Positions 40,763 through 52,620 of a DNA stretch of 64,000 nucleotides are shown here, in pieces. The position numbers and the translations under genes were made by a program. How positions within the stretch are numbered: the stretch's first letter is position 1; each line of letters starts with the position of its first letter. The stretch comes from a virus, in the IMG/VR virus record IMGVR_UViG_3300041411_000085, positions 1 to 64,000 of that record; one strand, written 5' to 3'. A model generated the notes under the pieces. That model saw only the letters and a program-made list of their open reading frames with translations, did no database searches and was not told the origin of the DNA.

Positions 40763-41943
40763 CTAATAAGTTTTGATTCAGACATCGGCTCTGTTTTATC
40801 CAAAAGATCGGTGATTGCTTTCATACACTCCTGCCCATAAAGAAACCTAGCTTGTTTAAGCTCTTCACGGGCAACCACTAATTCAAGTGGGCTGTAATCA
40901 AGAGACGAATCAGCCTCTTTGTATTGCTTTTCTGCATGCTGGAGACGTTCTAGCAGTTCGGTAAGGTGGTTCATAGGGTACACCCTTGTTGGCTCTCCAG
41001 CTGGTCAATTTTATCCAACAAGGCATGGGCAAGTTTATCACCTACAAGATCAGATGTTCTGGCTGTCCAAGGTTCTCCATTCCTGTACGCCCATAGGATA
41101 TATGTTTCCTCGCAGCGTTCAAGTCTGTATTTACCATCACCAACTTCATAAACCCTTTTCATTTCTGTACCCCAATAATCCTAGTCGTACGAGCTACACA
41201 TTCCCACCCATCAAAATCTAGGAAATGATAACCTGAAGCATTACTCCACACAAGCAGAGTTTTATCTTTAATAGATTGATTTGTGTACTCTTCAAAATCT
41301 TTAATGTTATTCATTTCACCAAACCCCTTGCAAACTCCATCGCATCACTCACATTTCCAAATGTCTTAGCAGTGTTGTTAAAGATTACTGTCCATTGATT
41401 ATCGCGTTTAAAGGGGAGTACACCAATGGAGTTCATGAGGGCTAGTTCATGTGAGGCATTCATTTTATATCTCCTTTCATAGCAACATCAATTGCTTTAG
41501 TGATATGAACTTCTGAGGATTCTGTGTTCCCCGTTTCACAGTAAAAGTCTTTCCATGAATCGTTCAGATCTTCCCAAGGAATCAAACAATTCTTAACGAA
41601 AGCTTCCCAGCGTTCAGAGTTTTGAATCTGTTCGTCGGATACTTTGCGACTAACTACAGCCTTTTTCTTAGGTACGCTCATGATAGATCCTCAATCTCTT
41701 TTAAGAAGTCTTCTTTGGTCAGTTCATACACATGACCGCCTTTACACAAGGTAAAATCTTCAAAAGATTCTGTGCATTGATAAATCGTATACTCGTCATC
41801 CATAAAGTTAAGGTGTTCAGTGATCCACACCCAAAAGAACCCGTCTGGATATTGTTTGAGGGTAAATCCCTTAGAAATCAATAACTCCTTCATAACACTC
41901 TCTCCTAAATTCCTGTGATGTATTGCTGTCTTTTGATAGCCGT

Positions 41944-41972
41944 ATTGTCTCTGTTTTGGTACGGGCTGTCAA
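41944..41972 (-). promoter_or_regulatory. sigma70-type promoter
   Basis: TTGACA-17-GACAAT. Confidence 0.65.
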
Positions 41973-43157
41973 GCGGGTTTTACAGAATTATCTACAAACC
42001 ATTTACAGCCGTCATTGGGACTTTTGCAAGCTACGCACATCACCAAATACGCTTGGTACTTTGGCAGAGATTCCTGTGTGAATCTTGTGCAGGTTGACCG
42101 TCTGTCACAATCTGTTCCGTGGCATTTTACCAGATTTGTCACACTCTAACTCCTTCAGGAATCTCACTAAGAAATTGAGGATAGCCCCCATGATACTCAA
42201 CCACATTCTCAGTATAATCTCCATTCACTTCAAAAGACTTAGCCTCTTGGATGTGATGACTATTGATCAAGTCAAAGATGTCATGTGTAGGGATGCTGTG
42301 AGCTTCACAATACAAATCATTATCAAGATATAAACCCTCCCAGTCACCAGAACTACACTTGACTAGCGTGATGTTTTTATGTGTGATCATTTTAAGTCCT
42401 CAAATACATTATCTGGCACTATAGGTTTTTCAGTAATCAACACCCGGAAATTATCATCAGACAAATAGCTCCAACCACTACCTTCAATCCACTCGTCCGG
42501 TGCAGTTCCTCGATAATAGTTTTGCACAACAGATTGATAGGGTTGACGAACGGCTGTAGACACCCAACCTTTCCAGACAATCCAACAGTGTCCGTGGAAC
42601 TTTTCAGGAAGCTCGCTTGGTTTAATCCAATTCACTGTTCTTCTCCCAAATCAAATTCAAGCGCTTCAATAATATTTGTAATCTCATCTGTCACAGACCA
42701 GTCATATTCCAATTCTTTCTCCAACAAGTGTTTAGCATTTTGGGAGGAGGGTGATAGTGTTGAGAATTGTTTGTTTACGTTGGATCATACCCACCCTCCT
42801 TTGATTAACAAATAAGTCCACTTAGTTACCAGTACAGGCCAGAACGCAAACAACTTCAAGGTCCCTAAAGCGGAGATATTAAAGAACATTCGCCCTATGA
42901 TAGCAATGATTGTACCTGTCCATAAATATAATACAACAAATGAAATAGTCATTGTTTAAGTTCCGTATCAGGACGTGCTGTCCATTGCCATTCTTTACAG
43001 TTCTCTTGCCAAGCCTCTTCAAACCAATCGTTAGTATTCTCAAGACACGCCCAATACTTCCCATCACCTTCATCTTTGTAGAACCATGCTGCACAGACAA
43101 GTCCTGTAGCCGGTTGATACCATTGTGCTTCTTCTGGCGCTTTGTTCCAATCGATAT

Positions 43158-43544
43158 TCATTTCTCATCTCCTCTCTTACTAAACGTATGCACAACTACA
43201 AGTTTCTCTTCAGAAACACAGTCTACATCATATGCGTAAGGAATCCAATCGATTGCTTCTGGTTCACCATGTTTTCCGCCACCATGCCAGTATGTGAACC
43301 CAACCCAATCACCGTTGGGACACTGAACAGCTACAGCCTCAGATTCATAGTGTCGAGAATAGTCACAAGGGAGTCCTGTAGAAATTCCTGAACAACGAAT
43401 CTCTGACTTAGCATCTTGCAAGCAATCGGCTTCGTCCCAAAAAATTTCAATATCATCTTCAGACATATTTTTAGGAAGCTTAATCTCATCCCATTCAGCT
43501 TGTAGGGCAAGGATTGCGTATTTCAGTTTGTATTCTGGTTTCAT
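43158..43544 (-). CDS. Hypothetical phage protein
   Basis: 128 aa acidic ORF with SRHYES...WVGFTYWHGGGKHGEP; coupled to both neighbours. Confidence 0.7.
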   Translation of the reverse strand: MKPEYKLKYAILALQAEWDEIKLPKNMSEDDIEIFWDEADCLQDAKSEIRCSGISTGLPCDYSRHYESEAVAVQCPNGDWVGFTYWHGGGKHGEPEAIDWIPYAYDVDCVSEEKLVVVHTFSKRGDEK

Positions 43545-45061
43545 TTAATATCTCCAGTAATTGGGCCAAACGATTCAAACCCACCAACACCTAAAACACA
43601 GTCGAAGTAATCGCTACCTGTTCCTGTGTATGTTGGTTGTTTCAGTTCATCTAGTCGTTCATGTACACGGTCTAGTAGTTTCTTGAGTGATAGGTTTTCT
43701 CTAACTTGAAGTTCATACGCCTCAAATAGTTCTTCGTAGTCTTCACGTTGATACCACCAACCACTTTGATCAACGTAAGTTCCATAACCATCGCCTACTG
43801 TCCAGCAATCAGCTTTTTCAAGTTGTTTCATTCTCCAAACCCCCGAAATTCATTAACCAAAACATAACATTTACCGGTTCCCGACACGTCGCTTTTCTCC
43901 ACACCAATCACGCAGACATGCATCCCCTTACCTAGATCATCAGGACACTTTCCAACACGAATCACTAGCTCTTTTCCCGCCAAGTCTTCCCATTTGAAGA
44001 TTGATTTATCTAGGGTGTCTTTGGTGAATAGTGATGTCATCAGAAAACATCCTCTTCCTCATAAACCACGTTGATTCCTTTACCATACTCCTTGTAGTAA
44101 CCTTTCGGGCATTTGGAATATGAATATTCTTTCCAGTCTGTAATGGTTAGCACACGCTCAGGGTAGGCTTCAATTGTAAACTTATTTCCTTCACGAATAC
44201 CATACCAAGCACCATTGCAAACGTAATACTTGCCTGTTGATTGCTCAATTACACATAGCAGATTAGCTTCCTTTGAAAACATATAAACGTCTTTCATTTA
44301 ATCCTCTCCTTAGCAACCCAGACAAGTATCTCCACAGCCATCTCCTGTTGATCACTAAACTCATAGCTTCCGAAGTATTTGTAAGCTGTCTGCTCAATAG
44401 TCCATTGTATCTCTTCCGTAGTGAAGTGTATAGCACCCTTTTGCTCAGCACTCCAAGATGTACGTTCCATGTAGAATTGATTGTATGTCCAAGTGTCGAA
44501 TATCATTCATCTAACTCCTTAACAAACTCTATCAATCGCTGTACATCTTCTCTTGATAGGACTTTACGAGCCAGCCACCAAACACTTCTGCACGTTGGTG
44601 ATAGGCATCAATTTGTTCCCATTCCATTAGATTTGCTCCACTTCAAACTCTGCAATACCACACAGACAACGGCCGATAGATTTTAAGTATTTCTGAATAT
44701 CTTCTAGTGCATTGTCTGCACACCATGAGGATTCAGTCAAATGAAAATCAACCATACTTTCATCAAAATCATCTGGATATTCAATCTCATACTCTACAGT
44801 CATTTTAATCTTAAATTTATTCATCAATACCTCTCCTTAACTCTGTAATAAGGCTTCTTAACTTCCTTCACAGGCATAGCATGCCAACTTGTATCTTCTG
44901 AATATTCATCAACGATGCAGATATCCGGTGCAATACCACCATACGCATCATCCTTTCCAATATACACAACCTCATGACCATCTGAAATGATCTGGTCAAT
45001 GACGAGTTGTTGTCTAGGGTCCATGTCTCCGATTACTGCGATGATCATTTTATCTCTCCTT

Positions 45062-46381
45062 TCACGCCAAGATTTTACTTTCTTGGAGCACATTAGCATC
45101 CTTCCAAGACATTTTCAAGGGGATTAATGATGCAATACCAAATTCCTCCCTAAAAGCGTCACCCATAGCATTCTCCAAGAGGCCCACGTCAGACATTCTG
45201 ACCACAAAACTGTCATGGATTGGCAGGATTGGCTTCATTTCATCTACAAATTTCTCAATTACTCGTTGAGCGAGGTACGAATCTGCGTTCTGTAGTGCTA
45301 GCCCAAACGAATCATCCCGGCAATAGCAAGGAATAAAGTCAGGAGTCATACTGTAAATGTGTTCGCGGGCTTTCTTACCAGTGTTTAGGCTCTTATCAAT
45401 GCTCCAACCTTGAGATTTAAATTTAGTAATCTCTTTGTTGATTGCACGATCAGCGCTATCTTCAGTTTTGGAGTTAAACAGAATGTTAATAGACAATTTA
45501 ATCAGTTCACGATGGTCATCATTCTGTAACCGCTCAGGTAGAATATCCATGTACACGTCAAGCGGTAGGTTCTCCATACTGATCTGTTCCATCAAGCTGG
45601 CAAGCCTGTAGTGAAGATTAGAGAAATCAATTTCCACAACCTGTTCACCATTGATAGTGATATCAAGGCGTGCCTTAGTCTTCTTGTGTTTAATCTTCAA
45701 AGCGTCAGAATGAAAGTAACGCCCACCGTGTTCAAAGTCTTTATTAAAGATACGAGAGTAGATGTTAGTCATAACATTACCTTCGCCATCTTTAATATCA
45801 TGCAATTCATTAATACGGTTAAGTTTCTCTACAACCTTACGCGCAGCTTTGATATTCTTATTATCTTGATAGTCAATAGCTTTACCATACTCGTTACGGA
45901 GGATGATTGTTTGAAGGCTGGCATTGTAAGCAGCAATAGCACTCTGAACCTCTTCATCTTTAGAACAAAATTCAGCAACAAAGGCTTCAGATGGTGTGAT
46001 GTAAGACATGATTCTCTTTTCCTTATCTATATGTGCTTTGCCAATGAAATTGTGAATATATCCTATTTCTTCAAGCACTGCAATACATTTCATCAGACGA
46101 TGGGCTGTTATTCCCCGTCTGTCATACTTAGTTTTGATTGGTGAGTGGTTGACCTTATCTCTTGAGTATAGAAGATTCTCATTCTTCTTAATGCAAGCAA
46201 TCAGATTCATAACCACTACACCACTTAATTCCTTATCTACAATAGCTTCTATATGTCTAAGCTTATTAACTACTGACTTAGATAGATTAATACTGTAGGT
46301 AAGCAATCTACTCCTTGTATTCTTCTCTTCTCCTTCCTCTTCTATCACTATTCTACTCCTTCCTCTTCCTCTTCTGTTCAT
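45062..46381 (-). CDS. PolA/T7-RNAP superfamily polymerase-like protein (TV-Pol-like), copy 2; true start may be the TTG after AGGAG near 46306
   Basis: YSRIF..GGRYF, motif A VEIDFSNLHY, motif B RELIKL, LQNADS and motif C PIHDSFVV; paralogue of 10838-12199. Confidence 0.7.
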   Translation of the reverse strand: MNRRGRGRSRIVIEEEGEEKNTRSRLLTYSINLSKSVVNKLRHIEAIVDKELSGVVVMNLIACIKKNENLLYSRDKVNHSPIKTKYDRRGITAHRLMKCIAVLEEIGYIHNFIGKAHIDKEKRIMSYITPSEAFVAEFCSKDEEVQSAIAAYNASLQTIILRNEYGKAIDYQDNKNIKAARKVVEKLNRINELHDIKDGEGNVMTNIYSRIFNKDFEHGGRYFHSDALKIKHKKTKARLDITINGEQVVEIDFSNLHYRLASLMEQISMENLPLDVYMDILPERLQNDDHRELIKLSINILFNSKTEDSADRAINKEITKFKSQGWSIDKSLNTGKKAREHIYSMTPDFIPCYCRDDSFGLALQNADSYLAQRVIEKFVDEMKPILPIHDSFVVRMSDVGLLENAMGDAFREEFGIASLIPLKMSWKDANVLQESKILA

Positions 46382-46413
46382 ATAAGTAATTTAGTACTAC
46401 AAAACATAGGTTT

Positions 46414-46436
46414 GAGTCAATGTTTATAGGGGTTTG
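46414..46436. promoter_or_regulatory. Motif upstream of polymerase-like copy 2
   Basis: GTTTATAGGGGTTTG, in the same orientation relative to its gene as the copy at 12279-12293. Confidence 0.5.
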
Positions 46437-47610
46437 AGGCTAAATCCCATGTCACCCTAATCCTCAATCCCATCATCAAAATGCCTACGAATCAAATACT
46501 GTCGCCACTCTTCAGACACTTCATAATCCTTCTTTGTGTGGTTGTCAAAGAAATACATAGCCCAACCACTGCTACTAATAATCCCACCTTCTTGGATAGG
46601 TTTACCCCAAGATTCCTCTACATTCAGCACCTCACCTTCAACGTATGTAGATGCAAGATAGCGTGATTTACTAAGGACAACTGAAGAGTATTTCTTTCCT
46701 GAGTGTAAATGTGTAACGTACCAAGCTTTAAGGTTGTTCATTACAAACTCCACAAATAACAAGCAAGGAAACCAATGAGAAATCCTACCACAATTTGAGT
46801 GTAATTACTTACCCTGTACTCACTACCAATCCTGTCTCCACACTCGCCAAGGTTCAACAAACCACCTACAACTAGCGTAAAAGACAGCAAGAAAAGAACT
46901 ACCAATCCAATGATAGATAAGATTGTCATAACTATTTGCTCCTTAAGCCCATAACGGCGTTTGAGTGTAAAGGACGGTAGTTCGTATCCCCTCACCAGTC
47001 TCTTTCTGGAGTAGGTGTACATCTTCTGCTGTGATTTGTTTCATTTGGTGTTCTCCAATTGACTAACCCAAGATAAAAGCTCATTGTAGTCTGAGAACCA
47101 CTTCAGCATACCATCAGAAACCCTGACCTTGTATGTCGGTGTGATGTTGACTACAATTTCTTGGTACTCTCTGTACCATTCGTGAGTCATGGCCCACTTA
47201 ACCTGCTCTTTAGTCACCACTCTTCTCCCTTCCATTCCATTCCACATCAAACACAGGACACCCATCAGGCAGCTTCCTGACATACGTATCATAATCCATA
47301 AAATTCCCTACAATGGAGAATATTCCCTGTGAGTTCATGGCCCATTTATGGAGTATCATCTCCTTATCTCTTAGCTTAAGCTTCTGTCCTGTGGATGTGT
47401 CAATTATTTTGAATTTCTTTTTCATTTGTTATTCTCCTTACCATAGAGAAATGCTTGGTATGCACATTCGACAAATTCTTCTACATAGGTATGAGGGGAT
47501 TCATAATCAGGGCAGAGAAAATCATCCTCTCCGTTCTCATTCCAGCCCGATTTCCTAAACCACACTTCAAATTCTTCTTTCATGTTGCTTCCTCCTATTG
47601 ATTTCCACAC

Positions 47611-47765
47611 AGTATGCCTCCATCACCAACCCCTGTCAAGCACCTCTTCGAAAAATCTTCTGACAGATGCTAAATAAATTTACCCAAGGGATTTTCCCTG
47701 AATAGGTCGCCTTAAATAATATTTTTAAATCAGTGCTTGACAGGTGTAGGGGTGAGGGGTAGGAT
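47611..47765. promoter_or_regulatory. Divergent sigma70-type promoter pair
   Basis: Minus strand TTGACA-17-CATACT (47611-47639) and plus strand TTGACA-17-TAGGAT (47737-47765); both begin GTGCTTGACAGG. Confidence 0.8.
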
Positions 47766-49104
47766 TGGTGTATTGAAAGACAACTGAATGAGGTGTGAAA
47801 TGCTCAGCCAAGAAGCTAAGTCAGATAAAGGTGAAATCCGGTACATGTGGGAAGGTAAAAATAACACCTACTGGGCACTTATCAGCTACTGGATTGGCAC
47901 AGGCTATCAGAGTGTTGAGCGTGAAGTTGTAAGAAATGTTTATGAAGGGTGGCTGATCGATAATGAATGAAGTCATAGAACAACTTGAGGCTGCAATTGC
48001 AGCCTCTTATGAGGAAATGATAGGGCTCGGTTGGATACCTAGAGCCGCAGTTGTCCCAAACAGGTATAGTGAAAGCTTCATAGATTTGGTATTGACAAGG
48101 CTGACAGTGTTTAGTAAGCTTTCATTTGGTGAGGCGACAAAGTTAACCTTTGAAATTCAACAGTACTTGGCAGATAGTGCCTAACGGACTAAATAGGAAA
48201 TTGAGATGAATTTTGTAGAGCTAATCCAAGCGACGAAGGAAACACACTGCAACGATGAGCTAGTGGTAAGCCTTATGCAAAGGGCTTGGGATGAGAGCAA
48301 ACACGACAATAAACCACTTGCACAGATCAAATATGTAGATTACCCTTGCCAAGGTTGGTTTAAAAATAAATCAAAACCTTTTTACACAGTACAGAATACA
48401 TCTGCTACAGTCATTCTCCAAACGCTGAGGGAGGCTGAAGATTGGGCTGTAGAAAATGGTATGAGAGCCTCTTGACTCCTCACAAACAATGTGACAATAT
48501 GCGATGAGACTGAAGTCTCTACTGACGTAAGATGTAAGCAAATAAATTTGAATACTTATTAATGTAATACTATGCAGCGAAAGATGCTGTGGGAGAGATG
48601 GGATGAGCACAGAGAAATTTAAACAGTTATTGGCTAACCTTGAATTTGTTGTAGGTGGTGAACCTTCTGAATGGTATGCTGAAAGGGAGAAATTGATTGA
48701 TTATGTCGAAGAGCTTGATGTTTGGAGTCGCTTTGCTGGATACCTTCTTGATCATTGTGAAGGTGAAACAATCTACGAAGAAAGTCTTCAGTATTGGTTG
48801 AGCGAGATGCTTAGGAAAGAAAAGGATGCAGCAGCTAAGTTAGATGGAAAATAAATTGAATGGTTGGGAGGAGTGATTATGAGCAAGAAATTTGGTAAAA
48901 GTGTTATCGCAGAGCTGCAACGGATTCGTTATGTACTTGACAACATGGAAAACTGTGAGGATGGTGAAGAGATGATCCATATTGCACAAGAGATTTCAGC
49001 AGATGTTGAGTCTCTGGAACAAGTGGTTGAAGAGAAATTTAAGCTCTGACATCTTGAAGCAATTTGATTAATACTCTTTGCAGGGTGTTGGAGGGGAGAA
49101 GAGC

Positions 49105-50859
49105 GTGAGTAAACAAGAGCGACCGGACGGAGAATTGTTGTACCATGCGTCCTGTATTGGAGATGACTGTTCGTCGTCAGATGGTATGGCTGTGTATCAG
49201 AAAGAAATTGATGGAAAGCATATTAACGATGCCTTCTGTTTCGTTTGCACAAATTATTTCAACCACGACCAACTTGAAGAGGTTGGTATTAAGATTAAAG
49301 AGGGGAAACATAAAGTGTCCGAAGTAGTGGATTTTACAAACATTCAAGCAATTCCATTTCGTGGTTGGAAAGAACGCGGTATTGGTCAACCCGTATCCAC
49401 AAAGTATGGCGTGCACACAGAAGTTGAAAACAGCTTTGATGTGACAGCTCGTTATTACCCATCTACATCAGATGGTAAGATCGTAGGCTTTAAGAAACGT
49501 TTGAATCCTAAAGACTTCGTTGGGATTGGTAGCACTAAGGCAACTAATGAACTCTTTGGTCAGTCTGTCTTTGAAGCCGGTCAAAAGTATTTGGTAATCA
49601 CCACGGGAGAGGAAGATGCTTTGGCATTTGCCCAAGCTCTATATTCCAAAAAAGATGGAGTGGAATACTGGACACCGTGTGTTAGTGTGACTTGTGGTGA
49701 TGGTAGTATTATCAAACAATTCAAGGCTAACTTTGAATATATCAACAGTTTTTCTAAGGTCATCCTGTCGTTTGATCAAGATGAATCAGCACAGAAATAT
49801 GTAGAAGAGGCAGCACGTCTCCTTACTCCGGGTAAGGCGTTCATTGCAAAGCTCCCACAAGGGGTTAAAGATGCCTCGGATATGGTTAAATCTGGTCGTA
49901 CAGCAGAGCTTAAACAACTCTTCTGGAAAGCCACTCCGTTCAGTCGGGTTGACGTTCTACACTTGAGTCAAATGTGGGATGACTTTGAAAGTGAAGACAA
50001 TAACGTAAAGATTCCATTTCCTTCATCTTGGGCGCACTTGAATGAAATGATGAATGGGGGTATGGAAAAGGGTGAAATTACAATCATCGGTGCATTGACA
50101 TCTATTGGTAAGAGTTCGATTGTAAACAACGTGGTATATTCGCTGATTGAGAATACACCGTTCAAAGTAGGTGCAATGTATCTGGAAGGCACCAAGCGTG
50201 AAGTTGTGCGTGACCTGTTGTCGCTTGATGCTGGTATGAACCTCCGGACAGTCAATCGTGAGAACGTAGATATTGAAGCTCTGAAGAATCGTTTCTTTGA
50301 GAACCTTGCGAAGAAAGATCAATTCGTTTATGTTGACCATCAGGGTAGTATCTCAACCGCTGAGATTTTTGATAAACTTAATTATCTGGCGAAGGCTGAG
50401 AACTGTGATGTAATTGTTATCGATCCTGTTCAAGCGGGTGTAAACAGTAGTGATAACGGTGCAATCATTGAGTTTATGGATACATTGTTGAAGTTCGCAA
50501 AGGAGACAGATACTTGTGTGGTTGCAATTAGTCACATGAGAAAGCCTTCTGAAGAAAACCCACACGCTGTAACCGAATACCAATTAATGGGTTCCAGTTC
50601 TTTAAATCAAATTGCATTCAATACAATTTTGATCAGCCGTGATAAGATGAACCCTTGTCCAATTAAAAAGTCAGCCACTAAGTTGCAATTGGTTAAATGT
50701 CGTCGGACTGGTAACACTGGTGATGCTGGATGGTTGCGATATGATGGAGCCACAACACATATGTTTGCGACATCTGATCCATATATTGAAGAAAGCCTAA
50801 TGGATGAGCCACCATCGGTAGAAACTCTAGAAATTCCAGCACATATGGTTGACTTTTAA
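49105..50859 (+). CDS. DNA primase-helicase (T7 gp4-like); probable GTG start at 49105
   Basis: N-terminal Cys zinc finger, TOPRIM (GEEDA, FDQD, KDASD), and DnaB-type helicase (GALTSIGKS, IDP, ISH, GSSS, KCR.TG.TG). Confidence 0.95.
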   Translation: MSKQERPDGELLYHASCIGDDCSSSDGMAVYQKEIDGKHINDAFCFVCTNYFNHDQLEEVGIKIKEGKHKVSEVVDFTNIQAIPFRGWKERGIGQPVSTKYGVHTEVENSFDVTARYYPSTSDGKIVGFKKRLNPKDFVGIGSTKATNELFGQSVFEAGQKYLVITTGEEDALAFAQALYSKKDGVEYWTPCVSVTCGDGSIIKQFKANFEYINSFSKVILSFDQDESAQKYVEEAARLLTPGKAFIAKLPQGVKDASDMVKSGRTAELKQLFWKATPFSRVDVLHLSQMWDDFESEDNNVKIPFPSSWAHLNEMMNGGMEKGEITIIGALTSIGKSSIVNNVVYSLIENTPFKVGAMYLEGTKREVVRDLLSLDAGMNLRTVNRENVDIEALKNRFFENLAKKDQFVYVDHQGSISTAEIFDKLNYLAKAENCDVIVIDPVQAGVNSSDNGAIIEFMDTLLKFAKETDTCVVAISHMRKPSEENPHAVTEYQLMGSSSLNQIAFNTILISRDKMNPCPIKKSATKLQLVKCRRTGNTGDAGWLRYDGATTHMFATSDPYIEESLMDEPPSVETLEIPAHMVDF

Positions 50860-50904
50860 TAAAAGGAGGGCTAAAATCCTCCGTTCAATCTAGGAGATTT
50901 AGCA

Positions 50905-52617
50905 TTGGAAAAGAAATGGTTCAAAACTGACTTCATTTGGGACTTGGAAACTTTTCCAAACTGTTTTACCGCATGCTTTGTTTATGCTAATGGTCAAGGG
51001 ATACGTGTATTTGAAATCAGTGATCGAAAGGATGAGACTGAGGGGTTATTGGAGTTTTTAAGGAAGGTGAGAGCGGGTAACTATCGATTGGTAGGATTCA
51101 ACTCCAATGCATTTGATTACCCTATTCTCCACCACATTCTGACAAAGGCACGTAAAGCCTTTACAGAAGGAAAGAAAGCAAAGTTTACAGCAAAGGAACT
51201 GTATAAGGTTGCTATGGATCTTATTAATTCCATGAAAGATGAGAAGTTTGGGTCTTCGATTAAGGAGAAGGATGTAATCATCCCTCAAGTTGATCTATTC
51301 AAGGTTCACCACTTTGACAATAAAAATAGGTCAACCTCTCTAAAAATGTTGGAATATAACATGAGGTCAACTAACATTGAGGATTTACCGTTTCCTGTAG
51401 GTACAGTGTTAACACACGTAGAAAAAGATGTATTAGTAAAATACAACAAACACGATGTCATGGAGACGCTTAAGTTCTATTGGTATTCATACGAAAACTT
51501 AAAACTGAGGGAAGACTTGACTAAACAGTTTGGTTTTGACTGTACTAATTTCAACGATACGAAGATCGGCAAAGAACTGTTTATTCGAACACTGGAGAAA
51601 GAAAAACCGGGCTGCTGTTACGAGATTACTAAGTTTGGTCGTAAAGTTCGTCAAACCAAACGAGATCAAATTGTAATCAAAGACTGTCTTTTTCCTTACA
51701 TTAAATTTGATAGACCAGAGTTTAAAGCTGTACATGAATGGTTCAAAACTCAAGTAATCACTGAAACAAAAGGTGTTTTTAGCGATCTACTGGAGCACCA
51801 GTTGGGTGATGTGGCTAAATATGCTGAGATGGTTGTTAAACGAAAGAAGCTTGGTAACGCTAACGACTGCGCTAAGTATGGATTTGATGACTTCAAAGGA
51901 ACAAGAAGTAAAACATTTGTACCTACTGAAAAGCAGTTAAGTGAACTTAAACTATCACAGCCTATGGGTTGGGTTGAGGAGAAAGAACTTAAGAGCCCTA
52001 AAGGAGCTAAAAGCTATTACTGGTGTTGGAACGTAGCAGAAACCCTCAACGTGGTAATTAACGGGTTTCGTTATGACTACGGTGTAGGAGGTATTCACGG
52101 GGCTAAACAAGGGACCATTCGGAGTACGGATAAGAGAAAGATTCGTTCGTTGGACGTAAAATCTTTTTATCCAAACATGGGGATTGCAAATCAGATATAC
52201 CCTCAACATCTGGGTACAACGTTTTGCAATGTTAACTCATCGTTGTATGCTGAGCGGGCAAAGACCGCTAAAGGTTCCGCTGGTAATGCTGCATTGAAAC
52301 TTGCTTTGAATGGTTCGTACGGGGAAACTAACAACGAGTTTAGCCCACTCTTTGATCCGGCTTACACCATGAGTATTACTATCGGCGGCCAGCTCTCACT
52401 TTGTATGTTGATGGAGAAACTGATTGATCATTGTGATGCACAAATCGTAATGTGTAATACTGACGGATTTGAATATATGATTGATGTAGATAAGATTGGT
52501 GTGGATGACCAATGGGTTAAATGGTGGGAAAAAGAAACTAAGCTTGAAATGGAAGGGTTAAACTATTCGACTATGTTCATACGGGATGTAAATTCTTACT
52601 GCGCCGTGAAGGAGTGA
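50905..52617 (+). CDS. Family B DNA polymerase, N-terminal (exonuclease plus palm) part
   Basis: WDLET, GFN..FD and YNKHDV exonuclease motifs; SLDVKSFYPN, KLALNGSYG and NTDG polymerase motifs; stops just after RDVNSY. Confidence 0.9.
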   Translation: MEKKWFKTDFIWDLETFPNCFTACFVYANGQGIRVFEISDRKDETEGLLEFLRKVRAGNYRLVGFNSNAFDYPILHHILTKARKAFTEGKKAKFTAKELYKVAMDLINSMKDEKFGSSIKEKDVIIPQVDLFKVHHFDNKNRSTSLKMLEYNMRSTNIEDLPFPVGTVLTHVEKDVLVKYNKHDVMETLKFYWYSYENLKLREDLTKQFGFDCTNFNDTKIGKELFIRTLEKEKPGCCYEITKFGRKVRQTKRDQIVIKDCLFPYIKFDRPEFKAVHEWFKTQVITETKGVFSDLLEHQLGDVAKYAEMVVKRKKLGNANDCAKYGFDDFKGTRSKTFVPTEKQLSELKLSQPMGWVEEKELKSPKGAKSYYWCWNVAETLNVVINGFRYDYGVGGIHGAKQGTIRSTDKRKIRSLDVKSFYPNMGIANQIYPQHLGTTFCNVNSSLYAERAKTAKGSAGNAALKLALNGSYGETNNEFSPLFDPAYTMSITIGGQLSLCMLMEKLIDHCDAQIVMCNTDGFEYMIDVDKIGVDDQWVKWWEKETKLEMEGLNYSTMFIRDVNSYCAVKE

Positions 52618-52620
52618 TTT

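Larger units (their letters stand above)
30496..47610 (-). other. Hypervariable early/host-takeover region with dozens of 55-220 aa ORFs in promoter-bearing cassettes
   Basis: Dense minus-strand small ORFs with SDs and at least 13 sigma70-like promoters with 17-bp spacers. Confidence 0.8.

Noticed and set aside
46307-46381. Arg/Glu-rich N-terminus (MNRRGRGRSR...) of polymerase-like copy 2
   Set aside because: Probably a translation of a non-coding purine-rich tract. A TTG start after AGGAG parallels copy 1.
10838-46381. The two polymerase-like genes as halves of a split N4-type RNAP II
   Set aside because: Each carries its own motifs A, B and C, so they are paralogues rather than complementary halves.
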